Part shown: in pieces, positions 33,479-39,729 of the stretch | How the letters are laid out: each line of letters starts with the position of its first letter | Position numbering within the stretch: the stretch's first letter is position 1 | From: an uncultured Candidatus Bathyarchaeia archaeon | GTDB taxonomy: Archaea; Thermoproteota; Bathyarchaeia; TCS64 | Reading direction: 5' to 3' | Assembly: GCA_964559155.1 (NCBI GenBank) | Contig: CAZLHA010000003.1 | Coordinates: 1-40,225, forward strand | Length of the DNA: 40,225 nucleotides | The notes under the pieces: model-generated | The model's database searches: none | What the model saw: the letters and a program-made list of their open reading frames with translations, nothing else | Told to the model about the DNA's origin: nothing | Translations under genes and position numbers: made by a program

Positions 33479-33574
33479 CTTTGTTTCCTTTCCTTTTTAA
33501 TTGCCCCCGGGCAACGAAGAACAATAGAACAAACCAGTTTTGTTTTTAATTGTTGTCGCCCAAGGGCAAACCGT

Positions 33575-33787
33575 TTAATTAATCGTCCTGTCTTTGTCTT
33601 TATTCTTATCTGTCGACACAACTCCCTCTACCAGCACTTTAACTTGTGACAATGTATTTTTAATCAATTTTCCCATCGCCGCAATTATGTACCGATTCGT
33701 CTTCACCTGTTTCTCCAGAGCCTCCAACCTTTCTTCTAATAGAGTCACTCTGTCTTTCTCAGTCTCTGTATGCGACATATTGATCAC
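33575..33787 (-). CDS. Hypothetical coiled-coil protein (about 67-70 aa)
   Basis: Start is GTG 33787 or ATG 33778. LEERLEALEKQVK is heptad-like. Confidence 0.4.
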   Translation of the reverse strand: MINMSHTETEKDRVTLLEERLEALEKQVKTNRYIIAAMGKLIKNTLSQVKVLVEGVVSTDKNKDKDRTIN

Positions 33788-34337
33788 AACCTTTCTTGTG
33801 TTTGTAAAAATGTTTGGTCAAAAGACACTCCGTTCTGAATCTACAATTCCATTTGTTGCACCCGGGCTGTATCTTTTCGCCGTAGTTGTTATTTTGCAGA
33901 TTATTACCAAGCGTGTTCTCTCTGATAAGCCTGATCTTTTGATTTCTTGAAAAGAAGATTCTATCCTCTTCATGGATTTTTGGCAACAGGATATAATCGT
34001 CTATCTTTTGATAAATGTCTTCTGCTGTGAGACAAAGCACTTCAGCCAGCTCTTCAACAGTTACGAGGTCTTTGCATTTTTTACATTTCTTTGGTGGGGC
34101 GCCGCTGTTTTTCTGAACTTCGAAATGCTCACCGCAGACCGTACATGCAACCGTCCTCTTATAAAATTTGCCCCCATGTTTCGGACAGATTACGGCTGAT
34201 CCTGTTTTCCTTCGGATTCTGTCCGAATCAAATATGCACCCGCAAGGGAAATAATATAATATCTTTCTCATTCGTTTCTCGCCCTTTTCAGAAGATTTTG
34301 GTGTCCTGCCCATGTCGTATAACGTATCAAAAAGCAT
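33759..34337 (-). CDS. Zinc-finger plus HTH-like DNA-binding protein
   Basis: Cysteine pairs CGC...CPKHGG...CTVCGEHF...CKKCKD, then VTVEELAEVLCLTAEDIYQKI (excisionase/MerR-like HTH). The start is uncertain (ATG 34337, 34313 or 34271). The track start 34382 overlaps the upstream gene. Confidence 0.45.
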   Translation of the reverse strand: MLFDTLYDMGRTPKSSEKGEKRMRKILYYFPCGCIFDSDRIRRKTGSAVICPKHGGKFYKRTVACTVCGEHFEVQKNSGAPPKKCKKCKDLVTVEELAEVLCLTAEDIYQKIDDYILLPKIHEEDRIFFSRNQKIRLIRENTLGNNLQNNNYGEKIQPGCNKWNCRFRTECLLTKHFYKHKKGCDQYVAYRD

Positions 34338-34342
34338 GTGTC

Positions 34343-35068
34343 TTAAACAGCCTGTTTTGTCGCTTCCACGTACTCCTGACACATATCGTTCAACCCGTTG
34401 GTATGTTTGCTTAAAGAAAAAAGACCGAGCGGCTTGAAAAGCCTTGTGGCAGATGCATGGAAGTGAAACAGGGATATTTTCTGGTCAATCGTGCTCCCTC
34501 TTTCTTCTTCAAAACAATCCAAAAAGTTTTTAAACGAGGATGGCCTCAGTATTTCTCTTTGCATTGCTTCAAACGTGATCTCCTTAAATCCTGAATATCC
34601 TATCTTAATCTTTTTCAGGCTCTCCTGCCATTTGATCAGGTCTTTGGATTCGTTCACAGCCTGTTCAGTCGAGGACAACGCTATCTTGTCAAGCTCGTCA
34701 TCGTTCAGGTTTTTCGTGTGCTTTCTGAAATCAATGAATTTTCCTGAAAAGCACAGGTTGGAGCAGGCTATTACCTTTGTGCCCGCACAGATACCGATTG
34801 AAAATCGTTTCTCGATAGAGTTTCTGAAGCCGATCTGAATACCATAATCTTTCCGGCCTCTATACTGCCCCTCAAGCGAGTATGTGGCGAACATGTTCTT
34901 ACCTTCCTTGGTCAGGGTGTATCTTTCTGCAACACGTTTCATATTCAGTTCTGCGACAGCATTATCTATGCTCTCAATTACCGTTGCATGGCTCACCGGC
35001 TTCCAAGTTTCGGTGAATTCCGGCTCCGGGATCGACATTGCATCTTCTCTGGTGTATTGTCGTGACAT
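34343..35068 (-). CDS. DUF932/DUF945-like phage/plasmid protein
   Basis: GGAGGT RBS. WKPVSHATVIESIDNAVAEL...YTLTKEGKNMFATYSLEG fits the remembered DUF932 N-terminal pattern. Confidence 0.55.
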   Translation of the reverse strand: MSRQYTREDAMSIPEPEFTETWKPVSHATVIESIDNAVAELNMKRVAERYTLTKEGKNMFATYSLEGQYRGRKDYGIQIGFRNSIEKRFSIGICAGTKVIACSNLCFSGKFIDFRKHTKNLNDDELDKIALSSTEQAVNESKDLIKWQESLKKIKIGYSGFKEITFEAMQREILRPSSFKNFLDCFEEERGSTIDQKISLFHFHASATRLFKPLGLFSLSKHTNGLNDMCQEYVEATKQAV

Positions 35069-35070
35069 GA

Positions 35071-35268
35071 TTACCTCCTTCCTTTAATTTGCAGGAATGC
35101 AATATACGGCAGATATACGACAGAAAGCAAGCCTGCCGGTACTAAGGCTATCGGCCATGAGATCGGCAGGTCTGTCCATACTATAAGGGCTATCGTTAAT
35201 AGAGCGATTATCCCAATTTGTGACAGGTAGCTTCTGAAGGTCTCTTCCGCTTTTTTTGTATTAAACAT
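35071..35268 (-). CDS. Small membrane protein (65 aa, 2 predicted TM)
   Basis: IGIIALLTIALIVW and WPIALVPAGLLSVVYLPYIAFL. The start overlaps the stop of the upstream gene. Confidence 0.45.
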   Translation of the reverse strand: MFNTKKAEETFRSYLSQIGIIALLTIALIVWTDLPISWPIALVPAGLLSVVYLPYIAFLQIKGRR

Positions 35269-35960
35269 AAGCTGGCACCCCCGTTAATTGTTCTATTTGT
35301 TTTTTAAATTGTTTCGGGTTTCCGTTTGTTTTGCTTATATGCAGCAAATGAATCGCTCGGCACCGTGATAGATCGTTGGCCCGGAAAAACTCTTTCACGT
35401 TCTCGATCTCAAAATGGCTTCTCATTACTCGATTCTTGATAAAAGCTGGTACTTTCCCAGACTTGATGTTTTCTTCAAGAAGTAACATGGAATAGTTGCA
35501 TTCCAACATAAAATAATTGACCCCACGAAAAAAATATTTGCAGTAAAATGAGTCAGTTATGAACAATAGTTTTTCTCCTGAAGCCTTGCTTTTTAATAGG
35601 AAGCCGACGGGCTCCGCCGCATCATGAGATATGGAAAATGGCAACACATCGAATGTTCCGATTTGTATTTTTTCCAATGCTTTTATCAATCTTACACGAT
35701 GCCCTGATACGCCGAGTGCATTGCGGGTTCCTTCTGTCATATAGCAATTTACACTCGCATCCATGACGTTTCTTACCTCCTTAGAGTGGTCAAAGATGTT
35801 CGTGTGAGATTAAGCAACCGGCAACCTGCGATAGTCTGAAATCGAAGGCTTCCCTTATTCTTTTAAAGTTAATCCCACACTCGATAAGAAGTTCACTCTT
35901 TTTGTCTGAAATTTTGTAACAATTTCCAGACGACCCGGATGCTATGGTTTTTATTTCCAT
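35261..35960 (-). pseudogene. MBL-fold metallo-hydrolase interrupted by a one-nucleotide frame change at CTT_TGA_C (35795-35789); pseudogene, sequencing error, or +1 recoding
   Basis: The upstream ORF (MEIKTIASGSSGNCYKI...LLIECG...CLISHEHL*) stops inside the HxHxDH motif. The +1 frame continues DHSKEVRNVMDASV... into ORF 35261..35764, which carries later MBL motifs (SISHD, LLFITDS, MRSHF). The joined product reads ISHEHLDHS. Confidence 0.65.
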
Positions 35961-35967
35961 TTTACAC

Positions 35968-36288
35968 TCATCTATTTTTTTGTATTCTCCACCTATGATC
36001 ACCATAGCCGAAAAACCCCAACCACCCTGTTTCACTTGAGTCGAGGCCTCCATATCGCACGTCAAAACCACAAGAAAAATCTTTCCCCACGACCATAAAT
36101 TTTGCGCTGTCTTTCCCGTTTGGTTCCAACAAAATATCTGTAATTTCTGTTTTCATGCTTCCATTAATCAAACCCAAGGCTTGATCCATATTGTCCCCAA
36201 AATCTTCTAATATCCCTCCTATCCAATCTTTCTTCCTTTCTACAAATTGGCTCCATAAAGGATAATGCTTTCCGTTTACTTTTATCAT
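35968..36288 (-). CDS. Hypothetical protein (106 aa)
   Basis: AAGGAGG RBS. No motif recognised. Confidence 0.5.
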   Translation of the reverse strand: MIKVNGKHYPLWSQFVERKKDWIGGILEDFGDNMDQALGLINGSMKTEITDILLEPNGKDSAKFMVVGKDFSCGFDVRYGGLDSSETGWLGFFGYGDHRWRIQKNR

Positions 36289-36321
36289 GCGACCTCCTTT
36301 CTTCTTTGTGCGAACGGCTGA

Positions 36322-36492
36322 TCATAATTCTTCAATCACATGATTTTCATGACCGCATTTCTCGCAGTCAATCCGATCCTCCTTGACCGTTCGGTCAGCA
36401 TACCGTCCATAGCAAAGGGTATCTTCGGAAAACTGTACCCTTCCGCATTCTTCACATTCAAACTGAATTGCTTTCTCTGCCTCTACTGTCAT
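36322..36492 (-). CDS. Small zinc-ribbon protein (56 aa; below the ORF-track cutoff)
   Basis: ATG 36492 lies 4 nt after AAGGAGGG. Translation MTVEAEKAIQFECEECGRVQFSEDTLCYGRYADRTVKEDRIDCEKCGHENHVIEEL has CxxC...CxxC. It fills the gap between RecT and the 106-aa gene. Confidence 0.45.
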   Translation of the reverse strand: MTVEAEKAIQFECEECGRVQFSEDTLCYGRYADRTVKEDRIDCEKCGHENHVIEEL

Positions 36493-36520
36493 TTTGCCCT
36501 CCTTGCGTTATTCCATCCAC

Positions 36521-37468
36521 CTAAAACGGATCGTCGTCATCTTCTGCAGAAGCATCATCCTTCTCTTCCTGCTTTTCTTCTTTTTTCATGGCGTTCTTCG
36601 GACGGCCACGTGCCTGTTCTTTTTTCTCCGGCTTTTCATCCTCCTTCGGATCGTCATCGAAAGAGATTTCTTCCTGATTCGCCTTCTCTTTTATCTCTTC
36701 CTGTATCTCTTCTTCTCCCATGATTTCAGCTTCCGGCACAGCCTCTTCCTCCATGGCAAATTTCTGCATGATCGGGTTAGAGTTATCATCCGTTTCGCTG
36801 ATAAGCTTAACGGCAAGCCGGTTCGTGACAGTTCTCTTGCACATCTGCTGTTTGAAGTCCTTGTGAACAGCGCCTTCTTTATCCGGGTTAATCTTGGATT
36901 TTTTCCATGCTGTCCGTATCTCATCCATGGTCATGATTTCCGTTTCAGTGCTGGAGGTGCCGTCTATGTTTTCTCTTGATGCAACAACATAAGCGCCTAT
37001 AATCTTGTCGTTACTGACGTTTTTGAGGGATGATTTGTGCTCCAAGATGCGTTTGCCGCCGGAAGCATCATATTCAAACTCAAATGTGTCGTCCTCATAA
37101 ACGACCTGTGCTATCATTCTGTATCCGGTTAGCCTTCTGACCACGTTTCTCTTACCATGATAAGATTCCATGCAGGTTAATTGGTTTCCGTACACGATAA
37201 AATAGCATTGTCCCTTGAGCGGGTTCATCCCGAGGACGATCATCCGCAGCAGAGCCCTTGATATGCTTTGAGGCGTGCAAACCTCAAGGGCAGGTTTGTT
37301 GTTCTTGTCCTTGGTTTCGCTGAGAATCAGGTTGGCCGCCCGCATGGCATTACCAACGGCATAATTGTCAGGCAGAACCAGATTTCCCTCGTTCACATAG
37401 TTCTGTACGGTTGCTTCGACGTCCTTAATAATTGTTTTTGGTGTCAGTGCTTTTGTTTTTTCACTCAT
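36521..37468 (-). CDS. recT: RecT-family single-strand annealing recombinase with an acidic SSB-like C-terminal tail
   Basis: ATG 37468 (MSEKTKALT) follows AAGGGAGAG and overlaps the upstream stop (ATGA). SISRALLRMIVLGMNPLKGQCYFIVYGNQLTCMESYHGK fits the RecT core. The C-terminal ~80 aa is E/K-rich and ends ...AEDDDDPF. Confidence 0.82.
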   Translation of the reverse strand: MSEKTKALTPKTIIKDVEATVQNYVNEGNLVLPDNYAVGNAMRAANLILSETKDKNNKPALEVCTPQSISRALLRMIVLGMNPLKGQCYFIVYGNQLTCMESYHGKRNVVRRLTGYRMIAQVVYEDDTFEFEYDASGGKRILEHKSSLKNVSNDKIIGAYVVASRENIDGTSSTETEIMTMDEIRTAWKKSKINPDKEGAVHKDFKQQMCKRTVTNRLAVKLISETDDNSNPIMQKFAMEEEAVPEAEIMGEEEIQEEIKEKANQEEISFDDDPKEDEKPEKKEQARGRPKNAMKKEEKQEEKDDASAEDDDDPF

Positions 37469-37920
37469 AGTGATTCTCTCCCTTCCCATAAAATCATGTT
37501 TTTGGTCTTATCGACCACGTTCTCGATTACCTCTATCCTTAATCCCTGATCTCTCAGGAACCCTGTAAAATTCCGATAAAAATCCTCCTTCATGGTTGCC
37601 TTGTTCTCCTCCCAGTATTTTCTGAACCGATCCTTTTTATACTCGGATTGTTTTTGCGGATTCTTTGGTCCATACTTCTTTATCTCCTCATCGAAGGCAG
37701 CGTCCTGTTGTTTTCGTACCGCCTTACATTCGTTTTTCCACGCCTTGTAGCCCCTTCCGGCTATGATGTAGGCTAACCCCTCTATGTCGTTCCCATCCTG
37801 ATCGAAAAAGGCTGTGAGCAGCTCAAAGATCAATTCATCTGGCTGCTTCTGGTAGTAGATGGCGGTCAATGTCAGAAAGTCGTACATCCTGTCGGCCATG
37901 TTCAGATTCATTGTTGGCAT
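37465..37920 (-). CDS. Hypothetical protein (151 aa)
   Basis: TAATG coupling upstream and ATGA coupling downstream. No motif recognised. Confidence 0.5.
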   Translation of the reverse strand: MPTMNLNMADRMYDFLTLTAIYYQKQPDELIFELLTAFFDQDGNDIEGLAYIIAGRGYKAWKNECKAVRKQQDAAFDEEIKKYGPKNPQKQSEYKKDRFRKYWEENKATMKEDFYRNFTGFLRDQGLRIEVIENVVDKTKNMILWEGRESL

Positions 37921-38456
37921 TAGTCACCTGCTCCTTCGTAGGGTAATTTAAATTTTGTTTTTATTTTTTTTGTCATGGGTTCCTTCTCCAAAAAACCTGC
38001 CATTAAAAGGAATTCGATAATCATGCTGGGGTTTCTGCTTGTCATCCTTTTCGGAGAGTTCTCTTTAATCTGTTCGATGATCTTCTTCTTTGTCTTCGGC
38101 AGATTTTTTGTATTGGACAGGATCTCCATCGTCACCTGCAGTTGTGTCTTGCTTTTGATCTGTGTGCCTGTCTCTGTATTTGATTCAAAGAACACGGTTT
38201 CCTTTTTCTCATCAATGTCATTGACTCTCTTTCTGACAATCTCCAGATTCCGCAGTGACTTGCTCGTCAGATCCCCGGTGTTCAAAAAATAATACGCCTG
38301 AGCCAAGTCCCGAAGCCTGTGCTCTCCTCGTGAGGTGATGGGCTTTTCCAATACAGCATTGACGTTACTTGTTAGAGCCTTTATCTGCTTTCTGCTCAGG
38401 AACCCCTCTACCTTTTCTTCTTCATCCTCATCTTCATTTTCTTCTTCTTCTATCAT
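37920..38456 (-). CDS. Hypothetical protein (178 aa, poly-acidic N-terminus)
   Basis: GAGAGG RBS. The N-terminus reads MIEEEENEDEDEEEK. No motif recognised. Confidence 0.5.
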   Translation of the reverse strand: MIEEEENEDEDEEEKVEGFLSRKQIKALTSNVNAVLEKPITSRGEHRLRDLAQAYYFLNTGDLTSKSLRNLEIVRKRVNDIDEKKETVFFESNTETGTQIKSKTQLQVTMEILSNTKNLPKTKKKIIEQIKENSPKRMTSRNPSMIIEFLLMAGFLEKEPMTKKIKTKFKLPYEGAGD

Positions 38457-38583
38457 GCTGCCTCTCTCGATATGTGTGAATGCACATCCTGATCAGTTCG
38501 GACATGCTGATGCCTGTTCGTTTCGATTCATTTTTTAACCAGCCGATCTGATCTTCGGGCAGGTACAAATTAATTCGTTTCAT
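38434..38583 (-). CDS. Ribbon-helix-helix (CopG/Arc-like) DNA-binding protein, 49 aa (below the ORF-track cutoff)
   Basis: Translation MKRINLYLPEDQIGWLKNESKRTGISMSELIRMCIHTYRERQHDRRRRK shows the classic RHH beta-strand plus two helices. It is first in the early operon. The ATG lies 6 nt after a -10 box. Confidence 0.6.
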   Translation of the reverse strand: MKRINLYLPEDQIGWLKNESKRTGISMSELIRMCIHTYRERQHDRRRRK

Positions 38584-38589
38584 GGTGAC

Positions 38590-38618
38590 ACTATACATAC
38601 AAAATATAGTTTTGTCAA
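38590..38618 (-). promoter_or_regulatory. Near-consensus sigma70 promoter of the early leftward operon (leaderless RHH transcript predicted)
   Basis: Minus strand reads TTGACA, 17 nt (aaactatattttgtatg), TATAGT, gtcacc, then ATG. Confidence 0.5.
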
Positions 38619-38637
38619 CAAAAAAATAATTTGCAAT

Positions 38638-38768
38638 AAACTCCCTCTATCAGAGATTGTAATGTCAAAACTCCCTCGTTCCGGGTCCCCGCCTTAAAAA
38701 ATGCCTCGATCAGAAAGCCGGGCGGCGGCCAAAACTCCCTCGTTCAGGCCCAAAACTCCCTCGTTCAG
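38638..38768 (+). repeat. Four direct iteron-like repeats, core AAACTCCCTC
   Basis: Copies are 38638-38653 aaactccctctatcag (variant), 38666-38681 caaaactccctcgttc, 38730-38747 and 38751-38768. The last two are both caaaactccctcgttcag, with starts 21 nt apart. GGGCGGCGG occurs twice (38719 and 38800). A GTTCAG-ttt-CTGAAC palindrome lies at about 38806-38820. Confidence 0.7.
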
Positions 38769-39041
38769 CCTCACTACTAGGGGCGGTTTTTACCGATTGG
38801 GCGGCGGTTCAGTTTCTGAACGGAAAAATCCTGAATTTGATTTATAAAATGAATTGGATTTATTGCATGAATATATAAAGCCATTCATTCAATATCAGAT
38901 TATGAAACAATAGGCGTTCAATTTTTGAATATTTTGTGCTGGTTTTTTGGCTACAGTAAAGCGCCAATACCTTATTATATAGTATGTTTTGAGCGCATCA
39001 AAAAAAACTTAAACTTTTTTGATTTTTTTTTATTTTAAAAC

Positions 39042-39070
39042 TTGACAAGTGCAATAAACCTTGATACAAG
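39042..39070 (+). promoter_or_regulatory. Putative promoter of the peptide / ORF / CRISPR unit
   Basis: TTGACA (39042-47), a 17-nt spacer, then TGaTACAAG (extended -10-like) in a very AT-rich context. Confidence 0.35.
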
Positions 39071-39120
39071 TATAACCATGAGCGATAAAAAAACCATAAA
39101 CCAATAACGGAGGTGTAAAA

Positions 39121-39222
39121 ATGTGGATTTTAAAGGTAACATTTTACGCAGCGTTAATCATTGGGATTTACGCCGCGCTTTTTGCAGGAGCGGCAGTAAA
39201 TTTTATATCAATTATAAACTAA
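39121..39222 (+). CDS. 33-aa hydrophobic peptide (single TM; toxin-, holin- or exclusion-like?)
   Basis: GGAGGTG lies 5 nt upstream of the ATG. Translation MWILKVTFYAALIIGIYAALFAGAAVNFISIIN. Below the ORF-track cutoff. Confidence 0.35.
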   Translation: MWILKVTFYAALIIGIYAALFAGAAVNFISIIN

Positions 39223-39327
39223 TTATTGGAACACCGGTCAAGGGGAACGCTGAACCGGGATTGAAACCGCCCAAGCCGGGCATCCAAATCAATGCCGGGA
39301 GACCGGCACAGAAAAGGAGGTAATAAA

Positions 39328-39729
39328 ATGAAATCATTAATGGAACAGATGGAATGGGATCTGTGGGACTGTATGCAGGATGAATACGGGCCCCACAGGC
39401 CCGAATTTTTTCAGTCGACTAATTTGTCGGCTGGAGAAAATTATTCGGTCACAACAAAATGGAGTCGGGATCCCTCCAGAGCAAACAATGGAGGAGAATA
39501 CTATGAGGACCGGCGCTATTTCGTCGGCCCGAATGGGTCTGTCCATAGCTACAGCAGGTCGCTCCCCTCGCGGGAGCGTGGATTGAAACAGTGGGTGGTT
39601 GATTATCAGGTCAAAGAGGCGATGTCGCTCCCCTCGCGGGAGCGTGGATTGAAACGCTTGAACTTTTTCAATCGGAACAGACTGAACATGTCGCTCCCCT
39701 CGCGGGAGCGTGGATTGAAACCAGTCTGA
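39328..39729 (+). CDS. Small ORF with a strong RBS whose reading frame runs into the CRISPR array (only 39328-39557 is non-repeat sequence)
   Basis: AAGGAGG lies 7 nt upstream of the ATG. Translation MKSLMEQMEWDLWDCMQDEYGPHRPEFFQSTNLSAGENYSVTTKWSRDPSRANNGGEYYEDRRYFVGPNGSVHSYSR. There is no stop before repeat 1. The rest (SLPSRERGLK x3) is translated repeat. Confidence 0.3.
   Translation: MKSLMEQMEWDLWDCMQDEYGPHRPEFFQSTNLSAGENYSVTTKWSRDPSRANNGGEYYEDRRYFVGPNGSVHSYSRSLPSRERGLKQWVVDYQVKEAMSLPSRERGLKRLNFFNRNRLNMSLPSRERGLKPV

Larger units (their letters stand above)
1..39100. mobile_element. Tailed-phage / prophage genome segment (siphovirus-like); left end beyond the window, right limit approximate
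   Basis: Contiguous co-oriented packaging, head, neck, tail and lysis genes (terminase, portal, Mu-F, capsid, tube, G/T chaperones, tape measure, holin). An opposing early operon carries RHH, RecT and an MBL hydrolase. No integrase or att repeat identified, so the boundaries are not defined. Confidence 0.85.

Noticed and set aside
33479-33574. Hairpins TTGCCC-CC-GGGCAA (about 33501-33514) and GCCC-aa-GGGC in the 96-nt gap between two early genes, considered as a terminator or ncRNA
   Set aside because: Neither strand has a T-run after the stems, and the second stem is too short. At most this is a weak regulatory or processing structure. Not enough to call.
36340-36979. Plus-strand ORFs 36340..36723 and 36494..36979 (F/L/S-rich)
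   Set aside because: They are antisense to the acidic RecT tail and to the small Zn-ribbon gene. Their composition mirrors E/K/D codons.
39123-39323. 66-aa ORF (MDFKGNILRS...), and 39769..40005 (78 aa)
   Set aside because: Neither has an RBS. The first is out of frame with the well-initiated 33-aa peptide ORF at the same place. The second spans the degenerate repeat, the terminator hairpin and intergenic DNA.
39558-39729. Protein-like repeat SLPSRERGLK x3 at the end of ORF 39292..39729, and minus-strand ORF 39606..39836
   Set aside because: These are translations of the CRISPR repeats, not a repeat protein.
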